DNA from: a virus
Taxonomy: Duplodnaviria; Caudoviricetes
Direction: 5' to 3' (one strand)
Virus record (IMG/VR): IMGVR_UViG_3300030330_006022
Coordinates: 32,001-96,000 of that record
Length of the DNA stretch: 64,000 nt
Position numbers and translations under genes: made by a program. A model generated the notes under the pieces. It saw nothing but the letters and a program-made list of their open reading frames with translations. It searched no databases and was not told where the DNA came from. Positions 26,256 through 36,100 of this stretch are shown in pieces. Each line of letters starts with the position of its first letter. Within the stretch, counting starts at the first letter, position 1.

Positions 26256-27169
26256 AAATATTATTATTAGGATCAACCGGTTTTATTGGTAGTAACCTAA
26301 AAACAAGACTAGAAAAAGAAGGACACACGATTTTTACTGCTGAAAGATCTAGTGGAGTAGATATAAGAAGATACAACGATATTCGCTTCACTATAAAATA
26401 CACCAAACCAGATGTCATTTACAATTTAGCTTCTCACGGTGGCAGTGTGCACTATGTAAGAAATAACTCAGCTGATGTTTTTCAAGACAATGTTTTAATG
26501 GCAATTAATTTATACAAAGCCATTTCAGAAGTTAACAAAGATATAAAGGTTATACAGCCTTTCTCTAACTGTTCTTATCCTGGAAAAAGTGATGTCCAAT
26601 ATGAAGAAGAGTGGTTGGATGGCGATGTACATCCATCAGTATTTTCTTTTGGTAATTCTAAAAGAACAATTTTTTATTTATCAAAATGTTACAAACAGCA
26701 ATACGGAATAAGATCAGTAAACATATTGTTTCCTAATACTTATGGCCCTGGTGACTCTTTAGATCCAAACCACACACATGCTTTAAACGGCATGATCATA
26801 AGGATGCTAGAGGCTCAAAAAAAAGGTGACGAAGAATTTGTAGTCTGGGGGACTGGTTCTCCTATTAGAGAGTGGGCTTATATTGATGATTTTATAGAGG
26901 TACTAGTTAGGTGCTTAGAGATCGAAGGTCAAGAGTATCCTGTAAACATGGGCCAAGAAAAAGGATATTCTATTGCTGAATCTGCTGGTTTGATTAAAAG
27001 AGCCTGCAAGTTTAAAGGAAAGATAACTTTCGACACAAAATATAGAGATGGAGACCCAGTTAAAATAGTAAGTGGAGAAAAGTTCAAACAATTATTTAAA
27101 GACTTTGAGTTCTTTGATCACTATCAAGGAATAAAAAATACAGTAAAATACTATAAGGAGAAAAAATGA
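26252..27169 (+). CDS. GDP-fucose synthase (Fcl/WcaG)-like epimerase/reductase
   Basis: GSTGFIG, SNCSYP, NTYGPGD, HTH, VVWGTGSPIREW; YxxxK reads FGNSK. Confidence 0.8.
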   Translation: MKILLLGSTGFIGSNLKTRLEKEGHTIFTAERSSGVDIRRYNDIRFTIKYTKPDVIYNLASHGGSVHYVRNNSADVFQDNVLMAINLYKAISEVNKDIKVIQPFSNCSYPGKSDVQYEEEWLDGDVHPSVFSFGNSKRTIFYLSKCYKQQYGIRSVNILFPNTYGPGDSLDPNHTHALNGMIIRMLEAQKKGDEEFVVWGTGSPIREWAYIDDFIEVLVRCLEIEGQEYPVNMGQEKGYSIAESAGLIKRACKFKGKITFDTKYRDGDPVKIVSGEKFKQLFKDFEFFDHYQGIKNTVKYYKEKK

Positions 27170-28104
27170 AAAAAATATTGATCACAGGCGGAGCTGGTTA
27201 TGTTGGTACTACATTAATACCACTTCTACTTGGAAAAGGATATGAAGTTACTGTCATAGATAGCTTGATATTCAATAATGGTGACAGACTAATACCCTTT
27301 ATGTCAAATGAAAATTTTAGTTTTGTAAAAGGAGATGTTAGAGACTTAAAATTATTAAGTGGGCTAGTAGGTGGTAAAGATGTAGTAATACATTTGGCTG
27401 CGTATGTTGGCTTTCCTTTGTGCAGACTAAAAGGAGAAAAAGAATCATATGATGTGAACACAAAAGCAACTGAAGATTTGGTTAATATGTTAGAAGAAAA
27501 CCAGTATCTACTTTTTGGCTCAACAGGTTCAAACTATGGTGAAGTTGTAGGTTTGTGTACTGAGGAAACACCACTAAACCCTCTATCAATTTATGGTAAA
27601 ACTAAAACTGATGCTGAAAGAATTGTAATGACGCGTAAAAATTCAACAGCTTTTCGTTTTGCCACAGCTTTTGGAATTTCACCTAGAATGAGACTAGACC
27701 TTTTAGTAAATGATTTGACCTATAAAGCAATGACGGAAGGATATGCTGTTATTTATGAATCTCATTTTTTGAGAACATTTATCCACGTTAGAGATTTGGC
27801 AAGATCTTTTCTTTTTGCAATCGAAAACCAAGAAAAAATGATTTCTAATGTTTATAATGTTGGTTCTAATAAGATGAATCATACAAAAAGGGAAGTCTGC
27901 GAAAAGATAAATGAGCAAGTGCCAAATGCTTTTTTCCATCATGCTTCAATCAAAGAAGACCCAGATAAAAGAAATTATAAAGTATCTTATGATAAAATAA
28001 ACTCTCTAGGATTTGAAGTTGAGGTAGACTTAGAAACAGGTATTAAGGAAATTAAAGATTGTGTCATATTATTAGAAAACTCTCTGAGGTATAGAAATGT
28101 CTAA
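27166..28104 (+). CDS. NAD-dependent nucleotide-sugar epimerase/dehydratase
   Basis: ITGGAGYVG, HLAA, YGKTK, RMRLDLLVN. Confidence 0.9.
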   Translation: MKKILITGGAGYVGTTLIPLLLGKGYEVTVIDSLIFNNGDRLIPFMSNENFSFVKGDVRDLKLLSGLVGGKDVVIHLAAYVGFPLCRLKGEKESYDVNTKATEDLVNMLEENQYLLFGSTGSNYGEVVGLCTEETPLNPLSIYGKTKTDAERIVMTRKNSTAFRFATAFGISPRMRLDLLVNDLTYKAMTEGYAVIYESHFLRTFIHVRDLARSFLFAIENQEKMISNVYNVGSNKMNHTKREVCEKINEQVPNAFFHHASIKEDPDKRNYKVSYDKINSLGFEVEVDLETGIKEIKDCVILLENSLRYRNV

Positions 28105-28399
28105 AGATATAACATTTGAAGAATACTACGAGCACTACTTGACATTACACCAAAACAAATGGTGTAGAAGACTTCATGTTTTAGGACAGATAATGACTAT
28201 TGCTTTTGTTGTTATTTGTATTAAATATAGTTTGTGGTTATTGTTGCTAGCAACACCGTTTGTAGTTTATCCTTTTGCTTGGACTGGTCATTACATCTTT
28301 GAAAAAAATGAACCTGCTGCGTTTAAAAACCCTTTGTGGGCTAAAGCTTGTGATTGGGTTATGCTAAAGGATATAATAATAGGTAAAATACCGTTTTAA
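28097..28399 (+). CDS. DUF962/Mpo1-like membrane protein
   Basis: YLTLHQ..CRRLH, FAWTGHYIFEKNEPA..P. Confidence 0.8.
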   Translation: MSKDITFEEYYEHYLTLHQNKWCRRLHVLGQIMTIAFVVICIKYSLWLLLLATPFVVYPFAWTGHYIFEKNEPAAFKNPLWAKACDWVMLKDIIIGKIPF

Positions 28400-28409
28400 G
28401 GAGAAAAAA

Positions 28410-29261
28410 ATGAAAAAAGTATTAGTAACAGGTGGTTGTGGATTTGTAGGAAGTAATTTGGTAGATATACTGATTAATAGCGGTAATCATGTTACTGTTA
28501 TCGATGACCTGTCTTTTGGTAAAAAAGAATATTGTAATATAAAAGCAAAATATATATTTGATGATTTTAAAAAGGTGTTAAATAATCACGAAGAAAAATA
28601 TGATGTAATATATCATTTAGCAGCTGAGGCTAGAATACAACCATCTTTTAAAAATCCTCTGTATACTTGTGAAAACAATTCTTATGGAACTGCAATAGTT
28701 TGTGAATATGCAAGAAAAAACAATTCCATGATTGTGTATGCTGGTTCTAGTTCATTTTATGGTGGTGTGTATTTAAATCCATATGCATTCGCAAAATGGC
28801 AAGGTGAAGAAGTCATACAAATGTATACTAAAGTATATAATGTGAAAAGCGGAATAGCCAGGTTCTTTAATGTTTATGGGCCTAGAAACCCTTTGATAGG
28901 TCAATACACACCCGTGGTAGCTATTTTTGAACAGCAAATGCTAGACTTTAAACCACTAACAATTGTTGGAGACGGAGAGCAAAGAAGAGACTTTACTCAC
29001 GTATATGATATATGTCAAGGGTTAATTGACATTTCTTTGGAAGATAGACAAGGAGAGGTATACAACCTAGGAACAGGTAAAAACTTTTCCATAAATGAGT
29101 TAGCTGACTTATTTGGTGGAGAGAAAAAGTACTTACCTGCTAGACCTGGAGAAGTTAGAGTAACACTTGCTGACACATCTAAAATAAATAAAGCAACTGG
29201 CTGGAAAGCCAAATACGATTTAGAAAAATACATAAAGGAGTTTAAAAATGAAATTATCTGA
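28410..29261 (+). CDS. NAD-dependent epimerase (UDP-glucose 4-epimerase-like)
   Basis: VTGGCGFVG, HLAA, YAFAK, RFFNVYG, GDGEQRRDFTHV. Confidence 0.9.
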   Translation: MKKVLVTGGCGFVGSNLVDILINSGNHVTVIDDLSFGKKEYCNIKAKYIFDDFKKVLNNHEEKYDVIYHLAAEARIQPSFKNPLYTCENNSYGTAIVCEYARKNNSMIVYAGSSSFYGGVYLNPYAFAKWQGEEVIQMYTKVYNVKSGIARFFNVYGPRNPLIGQYTPVVAIFEQQMLDFKPLTIVGDGEQRRDFTHVYDICQGLIDISLEDRQGEVYNLGTGKNFSINELADLFGGEKKYLPARPGEVRVTLADTSKINKATGWKAKYDLEKYIKEFKNEII

Positions 29262-29433
29262 TCAAGCACTTGGAGCTATTATGATGGCTCTTCAAAAGTC
29301 TCTACTAGAGCAATCTGATATCACACCCGTCTTAAAAGGTATGGAGTTTGATATAATGGACAACGGAGAGCTTCTTGTTAAGAATCCTCCTGTTGTCAAA
29401 ACAAATGTAAACGTTGGCGTTAAAGATGCCTAG
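29248..29433 (+). CDS. Small hypothetical protein
   Basis: 61-aa ORF with AAGGAG SD. Confidence 0.6.
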   Translation: MKLSDQALGAIMMALQKSLLEQSDITPVLKGMEFDIMDNGELLVKNPPVVKTNVNVGVKDA

Positions 29434-29674
29434 ATACGTCTACAGATGTTCTAAATGCGAAGGAGAGTTTCAAGTTCGTCATGGAATGAGTGAAACTCAG
29501 GAACATTGTGAATTGTGTGAGGCTACAGGAACTCTTCAACGCATCCCTCAACTAACTTCCATTTCTAAACCTCCGTCGGAAGAGGGAAAGAGAGTTAAAG
29601 AAGCTATTGAGGATAATAAGAAAATATTTAAAGAACTATATAACGAAGCGAGGACACAAACATATGACGATTGA
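29426..29674 (+). CDS. FmdB-family zinc-ribbon protein
   Basis: MPRYVYRCSKC..F..CELC. Confidence 0.75.
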   Translation: MPRYVYRCSKCEGEFQVRHGMSETQEHCELCEATGTLQRIPQLTSISKPPSEEGKRVKEAIEDNKKIFKELYNEARTQTYDD

Positions 29675-30089
29675 TGCTGCTCTTACAATTGTGCTTTTAG
29701 GGAGCCTAGGATGTAATTTATTGGCCGCTGTTTACATTAGAGACATACTAGGTAGGCTTGGCTGGTTAACGCAAAATTTGGCTAATTTAACGGAATTAAT
29801 AAGAGGTTTTCAAAACCACATTAGAGGTGTCCATGAGCTTGAGAAGTTTTATGGAGACAAAGATTTAAAATTACTTGTTCAACATACAAGTGATTTGATA
29901 GAGGTCATGGATGATTATTTAGAGGTTGGATTGGATTCTGAATTAATCGAGGAAGAACTAACCGAGGACAACACAAATGACACAACGAAAAAGAAAACCG
30001 AGAACAAAAAGGATGTATTTTACTCAGATACACGAGGACGCGATTCTGAAGTATTGCGATCCGGCTACGACTTATCTGGAAAAGTGTGA
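29664..30089 (+). CDS. Hypothetical membrane-anchored protein
   Basis: N-terminal TM segment then coiled region; GAGG SD. Confidence 0.55.
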   Translation: MTIDAALTIVLLGSLGCNLLAAVYIRDILGRLGWLTQNLANLTELIRGFQNHIRGVHELEKFYGDKDLKLLVQHTSDLIEVMDDYLEVGLDSELIEEELTEDNTNDTTKKKTENKKDVFYSDTRGRDSEVLRSGYDLSGKV

Positions 30090-30678
30090 ACTATATGAAA
30101 ATTTAATACAACCTGCTTTTTCTGAAATGGTTGATAAAATAGTATTCACTTATAGGTTTACCACTTTACCTAATATAGAAGATCTTAGAGAGGACTGCAA
30201 AGTTTGGCTCACCACTATATTAGCTAAATATGACCCCAATCGTGGATCAAAAGCATTTTCATACTTTTCAGTAATAACAAAAAATTGGTTTATTCACCAA
30301 GTAAAGAAAAACTCTAAAAGAGCAAAAAGAGAAGTTGATTTTGAATCAGCGGATGCTGAGTTAGAAAAAGCAAAACTAACAACTAGAAACCTATATGTAG
30401 AACAACAAATAGAAAAAGAGTTCTGGGAACACTTGTGGGCTGAAATAAACAGCTGGGAAGTATCTATTATGAATGAAAATGAAAAGAAAGTATACAATGC
30501 TGTTAAAATTCTTTTAAACTCAAAAGAAGAAATAGATATTTTTAATAAAAAAGCAATATATTTTTATCTCAGGGAAATAACAGATTTAAACACAAAGCAA
30601 ATTGTTTCTCAACTAAACAAGATGAGAAAAAAATACAAAACTTTCAAGTACAAATGGGATAATCACAAATTTGAGTGA
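29977..30678 (+). CDS. Phage RNA polymerase sigma factor (probable late sigma)
   Basis: Sigma region-2-like EDLREDC..KYDPNRGSKAFSYFSVITKN; no obvious region 4; sits just before the structural module. Confidence 0.7.
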   Translation: MTQRKRKPRTKRMYFTQIHEDAILKYCDPATTYLEKCELYENLIQPAFSEMVDKIVFTYRFTTLPNIEDLREDCKVWLTTILAKYDPNRGSKAFSYFSVITKNWFIHQVKKNSKRAKREVDFESADAELEKAKLTTRNLYVEQQIEKEFWEHLWAEINSWEVSIMNENEKKVYNAVKILLNSKEEIDIFNKKAIYFYLREITDLNTKQIVSQLNKMRKKYKTFKYKWDNHKFE

Positions 30679-30681
30679 TAA

Positions 30682-30688
30682 CTAATTA
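30682..30688 (+). promoter_or_regulatory. Candidate late promoter motif CTAATTA, 4 nt before ATG
   Basis: Heads the baseplate gene block. Confidence 0.5.
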
Positions 30689-30692
30689 TTAT

Positions 30693-30980
30693 ATGTCAAA
30701 AAAATTAGATGAAATTATACAAAAAACACTCGCCAACATTGAAGAAGACCGATTAGTTACTCGAGATCTACTTGAAGATGCTATGGAATATCTTGCAAAA
30801 GATGAACATCGTCATAGAGAAATTGGTCTCACTCTAGCTAAGTATGTTGAAACTTTACAGCGTTCAAACGAACAAATGGTAAAGGTCGCTTCGCTTATTC
30901 AAAAAGAAGAAAAGAAAGAAGACGGAATCTCCAAAGAAGAAATGGATAACATATTTTCTGCAATTGCGGAGGAAGAATAA
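30693..30980 (+). CDS. Hypothetical coiled-coil protein
   Basis: ATG 30693 in the frame of track ORF 30675. Confidence 0.6.
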   Translation: MSKKLDEIIQKTLANIEEDRLVTRDLLEDAMEYLAKDEHRHREIGLTLAKYVETLQRSNEQMVKVASLIQKEEKKEDGISKEEMDNIFSAIAEEE

Positions 30981-32149
30981 TGTCTGGTTGTGGAAATGAT
31001 AAGAAAAAATCTTTCTTAAGCAAACCTACTGCTAGAGTTAGGAATAGAAGAGCTGAGATTGAAAGAGCACAAAGAGAAGCAGCAGGCACATTAACAGGTA
31101 AAACTATCTTTAGAGCTAGAGTTGTTGCCCTCCCAGCTCAAGAAACTGCCGGTATAAAAATGGCAGATGGAGTAGCATTAGAAGGTTTCTCTGATTCTTT
31201 GTTTCAACTAAAAGAAGGTAGTTTTACCATGGTAAATTATGTTAGAGTTTTTGGCTTAGATGGGTCTTTACCAGACCCGGCAGAACCAGGTATTACAACT
31301 GATTCAGCAGTAATCGCCATGGCAATGCACGGACCAGCATATGCACCAGAATATATGAATTTAAAGTGTGGAGATATCATAGCAGTACAATTTGAAGAGG
31401 CTCCTGCAACACAATTATCCAACCAAATACCAAAAGTGATAAGCAAGTTTGAGAGCGATGAAGCATACGCCGACAGAGTCAGAGCTAATTTAGGAGCTAG
31501 TACTAGTGTTTTCTTAGGACTAGATAGTTCTTCTTTTCTTGGAGGCAACAACAACCCATCAGGCTTTGACAATATAATATTCGAACTAGAGTCTAAGATT
31601 CCAATCGCTACAGGTATAAAAAAATCACCAAATATACCAGGTTTAACTCAGATAGTTGAAAATGAATACAAAATATGGGTGGGTAAAAAAGAAACCAACC
31701 AAGATGTTTATCAAACTTTGAAAAAATATTGGGACAATATACAATATGCAGGCTGGACACCCTCAGGTGACCCATGGTCAGCAGCTTTTATTTCTTGGAT
31801 TTTAAAAGACCATGGATTCCCAAAAGCTTCTGCTCATCGAATATACTCAAATTCTGCTTTACAAAACAGAATAGCTTCAAAAAAAGGTTGGCAACTTTTT
31901 TCTCTTTTACGAGAAACTCCAAAAGTTTCTGTTGGGGATGTTATGGTTAAGCCTCGTTATCCACAACCTCCTAACTATAAAGCAACACACGGCGATGCAG
32001 TCTATAAAATATCTAATAATATCGCCTACTTAACAGGTGGTAATGTTGGCGACACAATGGTAATAAATGTTGCTGTTAAACTAAATCCTGATGGTACTGT
32101 AAAAAATCGGCAAAAGTACGTCGCAATTTTAAAAAAAATAGAGGATTAA
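30980..32149 (+). CDS. Baseplate-region protein with C-terminal CHAP-like (DUF2272-type) domain
   Basis: PWSAAFISW..H..Y..GD..HGDAV..GGNV. Confidence 0.6.
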   Translation: MSGCGNDKKKSFLSKPTARVRNRRAEIERAQREAAGTLTGKTIFRARVVALPAQETAGIKMADGVALEGFSDSLFQLKEGSFTMVNYVRVFGLDGSLPDPAEPGITTDSAVIAMAMHGPAYAPEYMNLKCGDIIAVQFEEAPATQLSNQIPKVISKFESDEAYADRVRANLGASTSVFLGLDSSSFLGGNNNPSGFDNIIFELESKIPIATGIKKSPNIPGLTQIVENEYKIWVGKKETNQDVYQTLKKYWDNIQYAGWTPSGDPWSAAFISWILKDHGFPKASAHRIYSNSALQNRIASKKGWQLFSLLRETPKVSVGDVMVKPRYPQPPNYKATHGDAVYKISNNIAYLTGGNVGDTMVINVAVKLNPDGTVKNRQKYVAILKKIED

Positions 32150-32152
32150 CAA

Positions 32153-33166
32153 ATGTCAATTTTTAGAAACAAAACACCAGAATTTTTAAAAGATGAAGTT
32201 TTAAATGGTATTAAGAGACCTGGTTTGCTACACACCAGATACTTTGAACCAATGCCAACATATGAAAAAGCTGAAGCCGAATTTATACTTCCTGATGCCT
32301 TATTCACAGATGGAGAAAATGATGGTGGTGATCAAAAATTAAATTGTGGCATAGTTTTTGGTAGAGATAGAGACTCGCATCTAATGTCGGGTTATGGTAA
32401 AATTGGAGGAACACCATGTGCTGCTATCGACATAGTAGCCGGTAGGATGTCTTCTGCTAACACCAAGAAGGGCTTGTTTGGTAAAAAATTTGAACCTGTT
32501 GAAAGGGATACGCTAGTAGGAAGAAACTTTTTCTCTGATGCTTCTAGAATATATATAAGTCAAAAATGTGATATAGACCACTACTTTGGTTTACCCGATG
32601 GTAATTTTGGTAGACCAAAAGGAGAAGCTGGGATAGGCGTAAAATCAGACCATGTTAGAATAATAGGTAGAGATTCGATTAAACTATTTGCAGGTTCTGC
32701 TAGAGCCGATAATCTAGGTATTCAAGGAGAACTTAATTCAAATGGTGATCAACTAATGAAATCAAAAATAGAATTTATAACTGACTTAGATGCAAAAACA
32801 CAACCACTTGTCTTAGGGTCTAATCTAGTTGAATTTTTAGATGAAGTATTAGATAAGATATCTGATTTGCAGCAAGCTTTCTTTTTGACAAATGTAAATA
32901 TTATAAAATTAGAAGCTGCATTGGCAAGTCATTTTCACATTGGTGGTGGTTTAGGTTATGTAACTGTAGGACCAGATCCTATACTTGCTTCAGTGTGTTT
33001 AAATGATATAAAAACAAACGTGCAGAAGATAACTGACAATGTTTCAAATGTTTTAAACTTTGAAGTTATGAGAGTAAACTATTTAGGATTGCCAAACTCA
33101 AACAACCCAGATCATAGAATAAAGACTGCAAAAAGTATTTTAAGCAGTAACGTATACACAACATAG
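32153..33166 (+). CDS. Putative baseplate central spike (gp5/gpV-like)
   Basis: Beta-rich body, coiled segment, then HxH (SHFH); baseplate context. Confidence 0.5.
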   Translation: MSIFRNKTPEFLKDEVLNGIKRPGLLHTRYFEPMPTYEKAEAEFILPDALFTDGENDGGDQKLNCGIVFGRDRDSHLMSGYGKIGGTPCAAIDIVAGRMSSANTKKGLFGKKFEPVERDTLVGRNFFSDASRIYISQKCDIDHYFGLPDGNFGRPKGEAGIGVKSDHVRIIGRDSIKLFAGSARADNLGIQGELNSNGDQLMKSKIEFITDLDAKTQPLVLGSNLVEFLDEVLDKISDLQQAFFLTNVNIIKLEAALASHFHIGGGLGYVTVGPDPILASVCLNDIKTNVQKITDNVSNVLNFEVMRVNYLGLPNSNNPDHRIKTAKSILSSNVYTT

Positions 33167-33174
33167 AGGAAATT

Positions 33175-36100
33175 ATGCCTGCAAAGTATCAAAGTATCAA
33201 TAGGATAAAAAAAAATAAATTAATAATAAAAGCAAATAACACAGACAACAACTCTGAGTTATATTTTTGGATTAAAGTTAGAGTGACAGAAAGTGATCCA
33301 ATTGGCGATGATATAATTTATGTTAAAAACATACCTTGGCCTTTTGACATAGAGGCTAAGTTGTATAAAAGAGGAAGACTCACTAATAATGTAAAATTTA
33401 ACAAAGTGACTTATAGTAGCACTGATAAGAAATTAACGATAAAATTTGAAACCTCAGGTGAAAAAAGTAAAAATAGAGAAAAGCATGCTCATTTTTTGAA
33501 AAAATTTAGAAACTTGAAAATGACAGAGGACAGTGGCAATAAAAAAGGGATACAAAGATACAGAATCATACTTCAAAACGCTGCCTCTAGTGATATTAGA
33601 AACTACATAGAAGAAAATTATACCAACTTTGACTCTTTTCAAATTATAGGAGGTTTTGTAGAAAAAGGAACGTGGAAGCCTAATTCAGCATTAAAAAATG
33701 ATGAAGACAAAAGTAAAGGTGATTTAATCTCTACTTTTGTAAGCGAACTAGAATATGAATCTATAAACGTCCCACCAGAAGCAAAACCAAAATCAAAAGT
33801 TGAAAGAAAAGAGTTTTTAAGCAATCTTGGTGTTAAGAAAAAAACCCCCACTATACACGCACCTGGGCCTGTTTTTGGACATAAGCCAAAAATTAAAGCA
33901 TTATCTAATAGTGATGGTTGCACACCAACTGAACTATCAGATCCAGATGGAAAAGCATCTGAGTTTTTTGAGTTATATGAAGAGGTGTGCGCTCCATTAC
34001 CGGATGATGATGATATTTTGGAAAATTATCCAGATGATATATTTGTTAAGGCGTGTCCAACTTGTGTGCCTAATTTAAGCGCAACTCCTCTTGAGTGGTG
34101 GATAGAAGAGAATTTACCTAGAGATCGTGGAGAACCTTTTGAAGGTTTTAGGTATGGTCAAGTCTGGTTAAATGAAAAATTATGTGAATATAAAGTGGTG
34201 CTAAGAGATTTAGAAACTTACAGCTTAGGTGGTTTTAACGAATATACTAATTTTAACAACAGGCAAGTTGTAATAGATAGAATGTCTCATGCAAGAAGAG
34301 CAGGTATTCAATTAATACTTGAAGAAACTGGTAAAGCTGTCACAGATAATATAATATGCGCTAATTTACCAAATATATCGACAGCAGATCGAGATGATTG
34401 TATTAGCATACCTTCTGATATTGAAATTGAAACATACAAGATCAACCTACAATTTCCACCTCAAATTCAAGTTATAAAACAAAATATAGATACAGATCAA
34501 AATGATGGCACTTACATGACACTATACGGTGTCTCATCATCTGTTGAGTTTCAACAGTATCTTTTAAATCCCAAAGCATTAGAGATTTACTCTAAGTCTG
34601 AAATATATGCTTACAAAACAGCAACAGCTCAATATGCAAAACAACTAAACCCTTGTTATGTGATATCTGTCCCAGCAAATTTGATAAATATGCAGAGTGA
34701 TGATTTAGTATCTGAGGCAAATGAAAAATTTGAAGAACAATCAGAAGATCCAGATAATAAAGAGGTTGAAGGTTTAAACTCAGTTGTAATTAGAGGAACA
34801 GAACTTAATAATATTTTTAAAATAGATCTACCGAATATATTTGAGATATTTGGAGAATATCAAGCCAACTTTCTTTACTTTCAAAATGGAACTTTGAGAA
34901 TCGAGACGCTTGGTGGTGGTAGCAAAAAATTCTATCTTTTTCAATATCCACAAAAATTTAAACAATTTTATGCTGATATTAAAAATCTTTTAGAAAATAA
35001 TGGATTTAGATTGCGTAACAAAGATGATGGATTCAAACACGCGTATGAAATAAAAATTAGAGTCGATGATGAGTTTAAGATAAAAAAGGTAAAAGCAAAG
35101 TATATAGGTTGTCCTTGGAAAACATGTAGAAGAGGACTTAAAGCATTTAAAAACAAATACGCAAATGAAACAACTTTAATATCATATGTCATAAAAAGTG
35201 AAACCATGCAGAAAAATATAGGTAATGAATTACCTCCTTGGCTTGATTATATCATCGAGTATACATATCCAAGACTTTTGGTTTCATATGGCAACACAGA
35301 CAGAGAGGTAAACTTTGAAAGCTGCCTTAACAGCGATAACAAGGACCCTAATGATCCTGGTAGTATGGTAAATCTAGATGTAGATGAATTCTTAGAAGAT
35401 TTTTTATTATCTTTAGTTAGTAGTTTTTCTGGTGCTTTACAGTACTCACTAAACAGTTTAAACTGTAGGACATTAGCTGAGTACAGTCCTTTAGGTTATG
35501 AAAAACTATTTGAACCTTTAACTCAAATGGGTCAACACCCTGACGTAGTACAGACCATAGCAGACTATGGAGCATTTAATCAGGGCTTGGATGATGTAAT
35601 TGGAATTAAATCTAAAACTAAAAAAACATATAAAAAGCTTATGAAAGGAGCTGGTTCTTTTGAATTTAATTTTTTTCAAAGATTAACAGGAGTAACTACA
35701 AAAGAATATGTCAAAGAGTTTAGGTCTAATGCTGGAGAGGCAATAGGTGAATTGTTTACTAAAATGCGACCTTGTGATTGGGAAAAAATACTACTAGATC
35801 TTTTACGGTGTTTAATGAAAGGCTTAAACGCAAATACAGCTTTAAAAAAAATAGCAAAAGCCTTGATGGGTGACTTAGACCCTGTTAGCTTTGCTAGAGT
35901 GTTTAAAGGATTACCACCAGAGGTTCAATTAGAAGTTCAAGAAGATATTGTAAATGCTTTAAAAAGAATACCATGGTTTGCTGAACAATACGAAGAGTTT
36001 AACATTGAAGATTTTGTTGCTTTATCTAACAATAAAACTAAAGAAAATGCAAATTCTTACGAAGAAGAAAGAGATAAACTGGAAAACCCACCGGAAACAC

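Noticed and set aside
16913-29261. Host LPS/capsule locus (contig is bacterial)
   Set aside because: No wzx/wzy/transport or housekeeping genes; embedded among phage sigma, baseplate and head-type genes
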